This document shows, in pieces, positions 36,000 through 45,891 of a stretch of DNA of 64,000 nt; position 1 is the stretch's first letter; the number at the start of each line of letters is the position of its first letter. Under the pieces are notes generated by a model. It was not told the DNA's origin. It did not search any database and saw nothing but the letters and a program-made list of their open reading frames with translations. Both the position numbers and the translations under genes were made by a program. The DNA is from a virus. The stretch is from the IMG/VR virus record IMGVR_UViG_3300012147_000006, positions 64,001-128,000 of that record. One strand, given 5' to 3'.

Positions 36000-37143
36000 C
36001 TTCTTTTACGTGGTATTGAACTTTATAACATTCGTTGAGGTCTGGGACATCCAGGGCACCAATCATACTATTAACTGCGTCCTCTGGGACCTTGTAGTAT
36101 CTGTTATGATTTTGATTTAATAAAACTTTATATGGAACCTCTATGTAGATAACTTCTACCTTGGCTCCGTAATCTTCAAATTCTTTAATAGCCTTTCCAC
36201 GCATATCTTTTGTGATATTTGTTGCGTTGAATACAAAATCTTGCTTAACTCTCATGTGAACTTTACACATTTCCTTGATGTCTTGATAGATGTGGCCTTC
36301 TGCTTTGGTGTCTCCACGCTTAACTTTTCTTTCTCTTCTCAGCGCATCAATTGATACCATTGGAAGGTCGGGTATGTTGTTTTTAATAAAAGTGTCTTTA
36401 CCAGAACCTGAAACAGCGCACATAATGTAGGCTATTAAATCTTTTTCATCAAAAGGCTCATAGTCAGGGTGTGCTTCTTCTTTTTGGAAGTAGTATCTTC
36501 TACCGAGGTCGGATGCGAACTCTCTTGCGTTTCCAAAGCATTTATTATCCTTGCAAAGCTCTTCAAACAATTCTACACGCATTAGCATTTCTTCTGAATC
36601 TTTTGCAATCCTACCAAGTATATCAGCTTTTGCAAATAGTCCAAGCATTTTCGTATTAAGAAACAAACTTGCGCCAATAACCTCTTTATCTGGATTCTCT
36701 TTTTCTATAGCCCAAATTGGCAATCCGTGGTGACGAACAAGCTTACAAATATGTTCTCTAATTATAAATGGAGTTGATATGTCTTTGTATAAAATTACCC
36801 TGGCAGTCTTCTCTCCTCTCTTGGCATGACTTCTTGAGGTGATTGCCATTCTCTTGACTCCATTCTCTTCAATTTCCTCTTCTTCTGTTGTGGAACGTTT
36901 TTCTATGTCATGAAACATTGCGGTTGCAAACAATATATGTTGCCCCTGTTCGTCAAAACACTTAAAATCTGGATGTGCAACAAGTGCCTCCGCCACCATT
37001 TTGGTGTGAACGAATACATCGCCTTCAGCGTGCCAGATTTTATCTTGAGGTACTCCCTTCATATCTCGGAACCAATCGAATTCTTTTTCGAGTTTGTCCC
37101 AAGGTATAGGAAGCCCTACTTCATAGTAAGGGAATTTCCACAT
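35986..37143 (-). CDS. HD-domain phosphohydrolase fused to P-loop (AAA_33/polynucleotide kinase-like) domain
   Basis: WHAEGDVFVHT, FHDIEK, AVSGSGKDT, FNATN. Confidence 0.85.
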   Translation of the reverse strand: MWKFPYYEVGLPIPWDKLEKEFDWFRDMKGVPQDKIWHAEGDVFVHTKMVAEALVAHPDFKCFDEQGQHILFATAMFHDIEKRSTTEEEEIEENGVKRMAITSRSHAKRGEKTARVILYKDISTPFIIREHICKLVRHHGLPIWAIEKENPDKEVIGASLFLNTKMLGLFAKADILGRIAKDSEEMLMRVELFEELCKDNKCFGNAREFASDLGRRYYFQKEEAHPDYEPFDEKDLIAYIMCAVSGSGKDTFIKNNIPDLPMVSIDALRRERKVKRGDTKAEGHIYQDIKEMCKVHMRVKQDFVFNATNITKDMRGKAIKEFEDYGAKVEVIYIEVPYKVLLNQNHNRYYKVPEDAVNSMIGALDVPDLNECYKVQYHVKEDGAN

Positions 37144-37175
37144 AATTGTTTATACGTAAATTTAATTGAAATGTT

Positions 37176-37340
37176 CTACTTATTTTTGCTATCTTTCTTG
37201 TAGGGGCAATGCTTGCAATTATTGTTGCAGCAAAAGTTTCTATCTCTAAGGTATGATTCGGTAAATACTTTATAAGTAATGTCACCAGATTTTTCCCAAT
37301 AGAAATCTACACCCTCTTCTAATATAAGCTTCTTACTCAT
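37176..37340 (-). CDS. Small Cys-rich protein (DUF5522-like)
   Basis: EGVDFY..VFTE..R..CCNNNCKHCPY. Confidence 0.7.
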   Translation of the reverse strand: MSKKLILEEGVDFYWEKSGDITYKVFTESYLRDRNFCCNNNCKHCPYKKDSKNK

Positions 37341-37513
37341 TTGCAATAAATATGTAGATATAGTTACCCTCTTCAAGGGTGGATGTGCTTACCCAGGCTG
37401 GCGAATCTTGCTCAACTGCGTATGTTGTGTGTTTTGTCTTCATTATTAGTAAAAATATATACTTTATATTTCAATATCAATAGTTTTTGTCTATTTATAA
37501 TAAAGTGATTTTT

Positions 37514-37765
37514 ATGAAAAAGGAAATAATGGATATTATAAAGGAGGAGTTTGAGAGTGTTTTCTCAAAAACATTTTCTGGTGAAGAGATTTCTAATGCA
37601 ATTAATAACAAGTACTTTATACACACCAAGGGTGGGAACGTCTTTTCTCCCGTAAAGCTAAACAAAGACTTTGTTGTTGGAGTAAACAATGACTGTCAAC
37701 ATGTTAACGTACCATTGGGTGAAATCACATTAATAGAAACCGCAGAAGAAAGATTTAGAAAATGA
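37514..37765 (+). CDS. Hypothetical protein (IIxEE N-terminus)
   Basis: Start MKKEIMDIIKEEF; TATTTATA at 37492. Confidence 0.7.
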   Translation: MKKEIMDIIKEEFESVFSKTFSGEEISNAINNKYFIHTKGGNVFSPVKLNKDFVVGVNNDCQHVNVPLGEITLIETAEERFRK

Positions 37766-37881
37766 TGGAAGTTGAAAACTTTTTAGTCTTTTGGTCGAAT
37801 TTTTGCGTCTTAACAGTAGGGTTTAGTTTTTAGTGAGTCTATTTATATTAGACCAGCAAAAACGGCTAATATAAAATAGAA

Positions 37882-38166
37882 ATGTCACAAGTAGATAAGA
37901 AAATAGAATTCATTAAAATTTGGTATACATCAGAGTGTGCTAAGCTTAGCTTTGGAGATAGTCTTAAGCTTGCCAGAATATGGATTGAAGTTTGTCTTAA
38001 AGATGAGGAGTATGAGATGGCAGCTGCAATAACAGAGGAAAGACAGAAAATAATAAAGAAACACATCAAAAATAAGAGAAGCAAAAGACGTTTGTCTCAA
38101 AAGATTGTGATTTGGATATATCTTTGCAAAAGGAAGATGTCTGCCAAGCTTAAAAATAGACGATAA
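37882..38166 (+). CDS. Small protein with UVR-like motif
   Basis: EEYEMAAAI; TATTTATA at 37840. Confidence 0.65.
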   Translation: MSQVDKKIEFIKIWYTSECAKLSFGDSLKLARIWIEVCLKDEEYEMAAAITEERQKIIKKHIKNKRSKRRLSQKIVIWIYLCKRKMSAKLKNRR

Positions 38167-38484
38167 AAGTATTTTTTTTAACCCGTTAGCTTTACCAATA
38201 GAATCCCGTGTACCCTTTGACTTCGAATACCAAAAAGCTACTACTAATTCTGAATTTTCTATTATTGTTGTATTTCTTAGGAATCCAGCTTTTTTACCAA
38301 ACAGGTCCCACTGGGCAAGGTAAATTTCGGTTGGCAAACCTTTTTCTTTGGCATATCTCTCAGATAATTTGTCGGCACCCCTTGTTCCTCCAGATACTAT
38401 TTTAGTGATATAAAATTGTTCTAAAGTTTTCTTAAGAAGCTCATAATCATTAAACTCCCTACCTCCTATTACTGCTACTTTCAT
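38150..38484 (-). CDS. SLOG/YspA-like (DUF2493) protein; 3' end affected by an A-run frameshift
   Basis: VIGGREF, IVSGGTRGAD, AGFLRN, VAFW..SKGT; one extra A at 38172-38179 gives the ending KKNTFIVYF*. Confidence 0.8.
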
Positions 38485-38487
38485 ATT

Positions 38488-38697
38488 TTAATATTTAAAA
38501 ATCTCTGGAAGAAGGTTTTTTACCATATCTCTAAAACCATCATTACTACCAATTTCTTTTATAAGTAAAAATTTAAACTCTTCCCTATATTTTTCATTTT
38601 TAATGATATTTTCTTTGGTTACATTTTTAAAACCATTTGCCATTAAATTACGAACACCGTTATCTATCAAATGTTCTCTAATTTGTTTATTTTCCAT
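38488..38697 (-). CDS. Hypothetical protein
   Basis: ORF. Confidence 0.65.
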   Translation of the reverse strand: MENKQIREHLIDNGVRNLMANGFKNVTKENIIKNEKYREEFKFLLIKEIGSNDGFRDMVKNLLPEIFKY

Positions 38698-38789
38698 TAT
38701 TTTCTAAATTTAGAAGTGTTAAAAAATATGCCAACTTGGTATTCGTCAATAAAAAACATTTTTAACACTATTTATATAAAAATAAAGTT

Positions 38790-39710
38790 ATGGCTAATAA
38801 GTTTAATACACAAATATTTATAAATAAATCAACAAAAATTCATGGTGAATATTATGACTACTCCTTGGTTGAGTATAAAAATTGTGATTCTAAAGTTAAA
38901 ATAATATGCCCAAAGCATGGTAAGTTTGAGCAAATTCCTTACTTACATTATAAAAAAGGTAGTGGATGTATTAAATGTGCTGAAGAAAAAGTTGGAATGT
39001 CGTTTAGAAAGAGTGGTAAAGATTTTATCTCAGAAGCCAATAAAATACATAATTATTTTTATGATTATTCTTTTGTAAAATATGATGGTGCTCGAAAAAA
39101 CATAACAATAACCTGCTTAAAACATGGAGAATTTGACCAGACTCCAACTAATCACTTAAAAGGAAAAGGTTGTAGGAAATGTTATAATGAAAAAATAAGA
39201 GACAGACTATTGATGACAACAGAAGAATTTACGTCAAGAGCTAAAATAATTCATGATTATAAATTTGACTACTCATTGGTTAGCTATAACGGTGGTAGAA
39301 ATAAAGTAAAAATAATATGCCCTATACACGGAGAGTTTGAACAGACTCCAGAAAATCACCTTAGTAATCGTGGGTGCAGGAAATGTAGAAGTTCTAAAGG
39401 GGAAAAAGAAATAAGAAAAATTCTAAAAGAAAATGAGATTAATTTCAAAGAACAACACACATTTGAATTGTGTAGGCATATAAACAAACTTCCTTTTGAT
39501 TTCTATTTACCTGAACGTAATTTATGTATTGAATTTGATGGTAGACAGCATTTTGAGGTAATTGAATTTTATGGAGGACAAAAAGGCTTTGATTCTACAA
39601 AAATAAATGACCAAATCAAAAATGATTATTGCAAAAATAATGGAGTCACACTAATTAGAATTAAGTATGACTCCATTATAAAAAAAGAGTTAAATAAAAT
39701 TATTTCCTAA
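38790..39710 (+). CDS. Putative homing endonuclease (three CPxHGxF Zn repeats + Vsr/DUF559-like nuclease)
   Basis: YDYS..Y..KVKIICPxHGEF..GCxKC x3; LPFDFYLP..IEFDGRQH..D..K. Confidence 0.8.
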   Translation: MANKFNTQIFINKSTKIHGEYYDYSLVEYKNCDSKVKIICPKHGKFEQIPYLHYKKGSGCIKCAEEKVGMSFRKSGKDFISEANKIHNYFYDYSFVKYDGARKNITITCLKHGEFDQTPTNHLKGKGCRKCYNEKIRDRLLMTTEEFTSRAKIIHDYKFDYSLVSYNGGRNKVKIICPIHGEFEQTPENHLSNRGCRKCRSSKGEKEIRKILKENEINFKEQHTFELCRHINKLPFDFYLPERNLCIEFDGRQHFEVIEFYGGQKGFDSTKINDQIKNDYCKNNGVTLIRIKYDSIIKKELNKIIS

Positions 39711-40554
39711 AAACATCTGTATTAAATGTTGGAATAGGTATCATCTTGTGAAGATTAGCTCTATGTCTTTTTAGATATATTTTCATTACTTCTTTTTCTC
39801 TTTCACTACAATCTTCATATATATGAACACCAAGATTTATGTCATTTGATGCTGTACCTGTATAATAATTCATAGCCCACTCTAATTCTGAGTATGTACA
39901 TCCCAATTGTTCTTCGTCTGTACGAGCGTCATCATGAAGTCCATCTGTAGGAGCAGCAACCAGGATGTCGTTGTTAATTCCAAGCTCAGAACCTAACTTA
40001 TAAACTTCTGACTTCATAAGGTCAGCGATAGGAGATAAATCAACCCCACCATCACCATACTTAGTATAGAATCCGATTCCGAAATCCTCAACTTTGTTTC
40101 CAGTTCCAGCGACAAGCATTTTGTTCATTCCTGCATATTGATAAAGAGTTGTCATCCTAAGTCTTGAACGTGTGTTCGCCATTGAGAAATCAAAGTCTTC
40201 AGCAGAAATCATTCCTACAACTCCTTTTGATTTATTAGCATATGTGTTATAAAGAACGCCATAAGCCTCTGTAAGGTCAATCTCTTTTGAAGTTACATTG
40301 TCGAAGTTATCCTTAAGCCATTGAATGTGGTTCTTGGCTCTATCAACTTCTGCAGTCCCCTGGTGAATTGGCATTTCAAGAACCAAAAGGTTCATTCCAG
40401 TTCTTGCGCATAATGTAGACACTACTGCAGAATCAATTCCTCCAGATACTCCCATTACAAATCCGTTTGTTCCAGATTTTCTAACGTAGTCAGTTAACCA
40501 GTCAGAAATCCCTTCTGCGATGGCGCTATAGTTAAGTGTTGTAGTTGTTTCCAT
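39700..40554 (-). CDS. nadE: NH3-dependent NAD+ synthetase
   Basis: SGGIDSAV, NTRSRLRM, GTGNKVE, TKYGDG, APTDGL, DEEQLG. Confidence 0.95.
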   Translation of the reverse strand: METTTTLNYSAIAEGISDWLTDYVRKSGTNGFVMGVSGGIDSAVVSTLCARTGMNLLVLEMPIHQGTAEVDRAKNHIQWLKDNFDNVTSKEIDLTEAYGVLYNTYANKSKGVVGMISAEDFDFSMANTRSRLRMTTLYQYAGMNKMLVAGTGNKVEDFGIGFYTKYGDGGVDLSPIADLMKSEVYKLGSELGINNDILVAAPTDGLHDDARTDEEQLGCTYSELEWAMNYYTGTASNDINLGVHIYEDCSEREKEVMKIYLKRHRANLHKMIPIPTFNTDVFRK

Positions 40555-40559
40555 TTTAT

Positions 40560-41186
40560 TTATTTTTGAAATAATTTGTGTTCTTCAATGTGTTCAATTA
40601 CCGCATCTGGAACGAAGTATCTATTTGAAATATTTAATTGGATGTTCTTTCTAATTAAAGTGGCAGAAATGTCAATCTGAGGAACATCTTTAAGGTATGT
40701 TGATACTGAGTGAGCTTTGTCTGTCAACTTCCACTTAGAATCCTTCTCAGACACTTCTCGTGGATATACAATCATATCATGCATGTCAAGAATTTCTTCA
40801 CGTTTTCTCCAGTAGTTACCCATTTTTCTCTGAGTATCTGTTCCAACCACGATTGTAAAATGAGTCTCTGGGTGTGCGTTTCGAAGTGCGCTTAGCGTTT
40901 CTGCAGTGTAAGATGGAACTGGCATGCTAAATTCAATATCACATGTAGAAAACTTAGGCTCATCAGCAATTGCCTTAGAAACCATCTCTAATCTATGGTT
41001 GGCATCTTCGAGTTCTCCGCTTTTTACCTTAGCAGGGTTTTGGGGGGACACAACAAACCATAATTCATCAAGGTCTGTGTGCTCAAGAGCTGCCTTAGCA
41101 ACAATGAGGTGGCCAATATGAATAGGGTTGAATGAACCGAAGTATAATCCAACTTTTTTATTTAGAAGTTTAGTCTTCATTTTCAT
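40560..41186 (-). CDS. nadD: Nicotinate-nucleotide adenylyltransferase
   Basis: GSFNPIHIGH, SPQNP, ISATLIR. Confidence 0.93.
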   Translation of the reverse strand: MKMKTKLLNKKVGLYFGSFNPIHIGHLIVAKAALEHTDLDELWFVVSPQNPAKVKSGELEDANHRLEMVSKAIADEPKFSTCDIEFSMPVPSYTAETLSALRNAHPETHFTIVVGTDTQRKMGNYWRKREEILDMHDMIVYPREVSEKDSKWKLTDKAHSVSTYLKDVPQIDISATLIRKNIQLNISNRYFVPDAVIEHIEEHKLFQK

Positions 41187-41847
41187 CTTCGTTTATAACT
41201 TGTTCAGCAATTTTCTTTGCACGCTCCATTCTTTGATTCTCAATAAACTGTCTTCCTGCAGCAACTACTTCAGAATTTCTAAAATGCCAAAGCGCTTGTG
41301 CTCCAATTAGTGTTTTTCCATCACAAATAGTTCCATCAGCAACCATATCAAAGAACTTGCTAACACCATGTGATTCTATCTCAATATTTTCATGCTCCCC
41401 TTCTACTCCTCCGCCATTTGAAGCTTTGTCTTCATTGGTAACAAAAGCTAAGTACAAGTAAATTTTTTCTGAAGAGTACCCTGGAGAAGCAAAGAAAGAG
41501 TTTAGCAAGCCCATCTTTCCTTCTTGTACTTCGTACCCAATTTCTTCTTTTATCTCTCTTAAGGCAGCGTCTGATGGAGATTCTCCTTCATCAACTTTTC
41601 CAGCTGGAATTTCAAGGATATTACCATCAACTTTGTCATCAATTGGATAACGGTGTTGCTTAACAAGAATTACAGTATCATCACTGTTGTTGTAGACAAC
41701 AATAGCTACAGCGTCTGGTCTTGTAAGTTTGAATCTGTCGTAAGTTTGAACTTCTCCGTCTTCAGCAGTCTCTTCAACAATGCCTTTATCAATTTTAAAG
41801 TACTTATCATACTCTCTTTGTTCTGTTATTACTTTAATTTTTGGCAT
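41170..41847 (-). CDS. NUDIX hydrolase, ADP-ribose pyrophosphatase-like
   Basis: Nudix box GKVDEGESPSDAALREIKEEIG; QHRYP, SPG and DGKT motifs of the NudF/NudK type. Confidence 0.85.
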   Translation of the reverse strand: MPKIKVITEQREYDKYFKIDKGIVEETAEDGEVQTYDRFKLTRPDAVAIVVYNNSDDTVILVKQHRYPIDDKVDGNILEIPAGKVDEGESPSDAALREIKEEIGYEVQEGKMGLLNSFFASPGYSSEKIYLYLAFVTNEDKASNGGGVEGEHENIEIESHGVSKFFDMVADGTICDGKTLIGAQALWHFRNSEVVAAGRQFIENQRMERAKKIAEQVINEDENED

Positions 41848-42262
41848 CGTTTATTTTTTTAATTAGGTTTTCAATTTTAGCTTTTGCTCCAACCCCAAGA
41901 GGTCTCTTGTCTCCGTCTTGCTTGTCAATCCTTACAAAAACTGCTCGTGTTTTGCAAACCAACTTTTCCATTCCAGTGTGAACATTATATTTTCTCGCTT
42001 CAAGCGCAATTACTATTGATGTGGTTCCAACACTTATTGGTTCTCCATAAATATTAACTTGCGTATTTTCTCTCACTTTTTTGAGGAATTTTACTCCCTC
42101 CATTTCTCCAGTTACCATACTGCTTGATTCACACAAGCTTGTGGCCCAAATTGCCCCAGCCTTGTCTAAAAAACTCATCATTTTCCCACCAAAAAGATTA
42201 CCATGAATTCCAAGGTCACCTTTCAATACTAATTCTCTTGTAATAAGCTCCATATTAATCAA
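41834..42262 (-). CDS. Hotdog-fold acyl-CoA thioesterase (YciA-like)
   Basis: DL..HGNLFGG.MM..LD, VGTTS, FVRID. Confidence 0.85.
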   Translation of the reverse strand: MINMELITRELVLKGDLGIHGNLFGGKMMSFLDKAGAIWATSLCESSSMVTGEMEGVKFLKKVRENTQVNIYGEPISVGTTSIVIALEARKYNVHTGMEKLVCKTRAVFVRIDKQDGDKRPLGVGAKAKIENLIKKINDAKN

Positions 42263-42552
42263 ACTCTTATTTTAACTCCAGTGCAAATTCTATTTTCATC
42301 CAAAACTACTCCTATAGTTTTTATTGGTCTGTTATTTGAAAACTTTAACAAATCTATTTCTATACTTTTTGTCATCATTCACCTTAAGTTCATTAAGCAA
42401 ATAATTAATAGTGTCATCAACGCCTTTTAAATACGCTTGATTTACGTTTGACCACAATGTTTCATCAGACATGTTGTCTGGAGAATTTGGTTTTATGTTA
42501 TCAGAATAGTCAACTGATTTTTCTTTAAATTTTCTCTAATATTTTTCATATT

Positions 42553-43263
42553 TTATATAAATTTCCAAACATAACCGCATGCTGTTTTTCTTTTTCCTTT
42601 ACAAACTTCTCTTATGTGGTCGTTTTCGTATTTTTTTATAGCAATACTTAAGTTTTCAAACTCTTCTTGCAATTCGTTTTTATCAAACCTTCCAACCCTT
42701 AGTGTTTGATATGCGTTTTTAACTTTTATTTTCTTTTCAAAGTTACAACTTTCTTTCCAAATAAAAAAATAACCACGAGAAAATTTAGGTTTATTTTTTG
42801 GCACAGCACCCAATCGTCCTTTGATACTTTCTTCTGCTTTTTTTTTAGATTCGAACTCTTTTAAAAAATCACCTTTTAAATCATATTGAAGGATTGGTTT
42901 ATATAGTTTTTTTACAACTTCTTTTGGCCTCTTTCTGCCAGTTAAAGATTTTCTTATCTTATCTTTAGTTTCCTCGCTTGTTGTATGTCCAAAAACTGCG
43001 CCACCAACTCCTCCATCTTGTAGGTTATAAAAATCTTCTGATTTAACAGCATCAAAAAAATCTATCCACCACACCTCTCTATTTTCAAGATGGCATCTAT
43101 CTGTGCATTCTTCTAAAGTTATTTTTTTAAAATTTTCTTTGCCATATTTTTTTATAGCTTTAGTCAGCACTGTTCCAGAACCCAAGTAGCTTTTTTTGTT
43201 TTTTACATCTTTACCTATATAACGCTTTTTGTTAATAAGGTTAATTGTCATATAAACTACCAT
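42553..43263 (-). CDS. GIY-YIG homing endonuclease (NUMOD3/NUMOD1)
   Basis: VVY..YIG, YLGSG, YNL..GG, HTTSEETK, GYVWKF. Confidence 0.88.
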   Translation of the reverse strand: MVVYMTINLINKKRYIGKDVKNKKSYLGSGTVLTKAIKKYGKENFKKITLEECTDRCHLENREVWWIDFFDAVKSEDFYNLQDGGVGGAVFGHTTSEETKDKIRKSLTGRKRPKEVVKKLYKPILQYDLKGDFLKEFESKKKAEESIKGRLGAVPKNKPKFSRGYFFIWKESCNFEKKIKVKNAYQTLRVGRFDKNELQEEFENLSIAIKKYENDHIREVCKGKRKTACGYVWKFI

Positions 43264-43333
43264 AGTATTGTTTTACTATAAATAGTTTATAAAAACACTT
43301 TTACACCAAATCCATTAAATCATAATTCCTCCA

Positions 43334-44599
43334 TCAATTTTCCGATACTTCTGCAACCTTTTCTACTTCTTTAATTCTTAAAGTGTCCTTACACAGTTGG
43401 ATTTCTTCTTTGGTGCCAGTGTGTTTAATTGGATTATCACTAAGCTTAACTGTGTCAAACCATATGTCTCCAACTTTTACTTGAACAATCTTGATGACCA
43501 TGTTGAGAGCTTTAACTCCAACGTCATTTGTAAAATGGGTCCCAATTCCAAAAGAACTTTTGATTGCCGCAACAGGAGAACCATAAGCTATCGCTGTCTT
43601 TATACCAAGGTCTTTACAAAACTTGTATAAGTCAACAGCAATGTCTGTATTAAGACCGTCAGAGAATACAATAGTTTTAGAAGATGAGTCAATCTCAAGT
43701 TTTCTATAATGAGCTACAACTTTAGTTGCAAACTCAAAAGGGTCGCCAGAGTCATGACGAACTCCATCAAATAATTTAGCGAATTTTTTATCGAATGTTT
43801 TGAAAAATACATCTGTAGTAAATGTATCAGAAAGTGCAATACCAAGGTCTCCTTCATAAACTTTAACCCAGTTCTCAAGAGCTCTGTAGTTTGCCATTGT
43901 GTATCCGTAATGTACAGCATGGAACATGAACCATTCATGAGCGTGAGTGCCTATCGGTTGAATGCCTGTCTTCATTGCAATATGCACATTAGATGTACCT
44001 ACAAGGAATGGGTTTCCATTATCGAAACAAGAAAGCAAGTCCTCAACTACTTCCAATTGGTTGTCATAAGAATATCTTCTACGAGTTCCAAAGTCAGCAA
44101 CCTTCATTCCGTGAGTGTAGAATTTCTTACCCTTTTCAATATTGTTTGTGTGCCTCTCGCTTCTGCTCTTAATTTTTTCTCCAGTCATCTGGAAGTAAAG
44201 TTCAGATATAAGCGCCATAAGAGGAACTTCCCAAAGGATAGTTCTGTACCAGTAACCAGTAATGTTGATTGTAAGGTCGCCACCGTCTTGCGTGATTCCT
44301 ATTTCAGAAGAGTCATATCTATATGATTTCAAAAAATCAATATATGTAGGCTTTAAAAAGCTACCGCATTTTTGTGTAAGAAAATCAGCTTCAGAGTCTT
44401 TTAAAGATAGTTGTTCCATCTTTTTAAGTTCTTGTCTAAGCCTAAGGTCAAATCCATCTGGGAACTTTGTTCCGCCTCTGTTGATGAAATTGTACTTAAC
44501 CCATTCTCTTTGAAAAAGCTCCACAACAGCTTGTTGTTGGGTAAACTTATATAAATCATTATCTATTATAGACTTAATTATACTTGACTTTTCGTTCAT
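43334..44599 (-). CDS. pncB: Nicotinate phosphoribosyltransferase
   Basis: DNDLYKF, DFGTRRR, GTSNV, GTHAHEW, ALSDTF, GVRHDSGDP, FSDGL, FGIGT, KLSD. Confidence 0.95.
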   Translation of the reverse strand: MNEKSSIIKSIIDNDLYKFTQQQAVVELFQREWVKYNFINRGGTKFPDGFDLRLRQELKKMEQLSLKDSEADFLTQKCGSFLKPTYIDFLKSYRYDSSEIGITQDGGDLTINITGYWYRTILWEVPLMALISELYFQMTGEKIKSRSERHTNNIEKGKKFYTHGMKVADFGTRRRYSYDNQLEVVEDLLSCFDNGNPFLVGTSNVHIAMKTGIQPIGTHAHEWFMFHAVHYGYTMANYRALENWVKVYEGDLGIALSDTFTTDVFFKTFDKKFAKLFDGVRHDSGDPFEFATKVVAHYRKLEIDSSSKTIVFSDGLNTDIAVDLYKFCKDLGIKTAIAYGSPVAAIKSSFGIGTHFTNDVGVKALNMVIKIVQVKVGDIWFDTVKLSDNPIKHTGTKEEIQLCKDTLRIKEVEKVAEVSEN

Positions 44600-44624
44600 A
44601 ACATTATAGTTTTATATAATATTA

Positions 44625-44650
44625 TACGAACAAATTTACAAAATGTTTCA
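44625..44650 (-). promoter_or_regulatory. Class II ECF-type promoter of the NAD cluster
   Basis: TGAAAC-N16-CGTA, 25 nt upstream of pncB. Confidence 0.7.
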
Positions 44651-44651
44651 A

Positions 44652-45341
44652 TTAATCCAATCTTTTTGCAGTCCACCCTTTGTGATGTTTTCTCTCCCCT
44701 TTAATTATCTTTAGTATATTAGCTCCGCTTAGATTATTTTTTTCGCAAAACAAAGTCAAACCATTTTCTGTAATGTAAATGTTTCCATCTGGGTCAGTCA
44801 TCTCAAATTTCTTGATGTTTATTTTTCCTTTTGATGTTTTACTGCGCTTGTCTTTTGTTGCCTGAGTTGTTTTTCTTTTTTTTCTGGCAATACTTAAGTT
44901 TTCCTTATGCTCATCAGTAAACTTCATACCAATTCTGGCTTCACTCATTTTCTTTTTAGTTTCTTCACTGCGCTTACTTCCGAGGTGTGCTTTTCTTATT
45001 TTTTCAGATACCCCAGGAATAGACATTATCCCACCGTCTCCACCATCTGTTAGGTTTTTTAGATTATACCCTTCTTCTCTGAGTTTTTTAATGTAATAGA
45101 TTTCTTTATCATCAACTTGGTCACACGATAAACCACTCTCAACAACCACAACAAGGTTATTGAAATTACTTCCTTCTCTGATAAGTTTTCTTAGTTTGTT
45201 GTATTTTGGGAGAGTATTCCCTTCTTTGACTTCAAATAGATGTTCTCTATTTCTTCTTTTGATGTCACAGGTCTTACCTATGTAAAAATATTGACCCTGG
45301 TCATCTATAAATGCGTAGATAGTGTGTTTTATTTCCTCCAT
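44652..45341 (-). CDS. GIY-YIG homing endonuclease (NUMOD3)
   Basis: TIY..FYIGKT, NLTDGGDG, RSEETKKKMS. Confidence 0.85.
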   Translation of the reverse strand: MEEIKHTIYAFIDDQGQYFYIGKTCDIKRRNREHLFEVKEGNTLPKYNKLRKLIREGSNFNNLVVVVESGLSCDQVDDKEIYYIKKLREEGYNLKNLTDGGDGGIMSIPGVSEKIRKAHLGSKRSEETKKKMSEARIGMKFTDEHKENLSIARKKRKTTQATKDKRSKTSKGKINIKKFEMTDPDGNIYITENGLTLFCEKNNLSGANILKIIKGERKHHKGWTAKRLD

Positions 45342-45586
45342 GATTTATGAGTTTTCTCATAAATAGGAATAAATTTATAAAAGTCGTTGTCATAATTTAT
45401 TTAAGTTGTTATCCAACTAATTATTATCCTTGTTTTCTAATCTAAAAGGTCACGCCAATGTAGGCCTTTGTCAAAGTTTGCTCTAGTTACACTCTTTCTA
45501 TTTCCAATAGAAATAGCAACTATGTATATGATAACTAATAAAGGCAAAATAAAAACTGGTAATATAGTATAAAAAAAGCTCATAAT

Positions 45587-45820
45587 TTAATAATCTTTTG
45601 ACATTCTCTCCAAAGTCTTTGCGCTCTCTTCGTGGTGCAAGTCTTTAAAGTGCGTTCCAACTTGTTCTTTATGTTCGTTTATAATAGGAACTGGCACATG
45701 CACATCCATATTATAAAGAAGTTGATGAAATCTAAGGCTTGGATATTTTTCTATTGCCTTAGATAATTCTTCAATTATTTTTCTATTAGCCTCTTGTCTT
45801 GCGTTATTTTGTTTGTTCAT
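45587..45820 (-). CDS. Hypothetical protein
   Basis: YPSLRFHQLL; class II promoter upstream. Confidence 0.7.
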   Translation of the reverse strand: MNKQNNARQEANRKIIEELSKAIEKYPSLRFHQLLYNMDVHVPVPIINEHKEQVGTHFKDLHHEESAKTLERMSKDY

Positions 45821-45891
45821 AATATTTTTATTTAAAACATTTTTACCTATTCTACGTATAATAAAGAAAAATGTTTCAACTATTTAATTAA

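Noticed and set aside
43334-44599. Nicotinamide phosphoribosyltransferase (NadV, NARP2)
   Set aside because: Motifs DLYKF, GTHAHEW and ALSDTF, plus linkage to nadD and nadE, match PncB rather than NadV.
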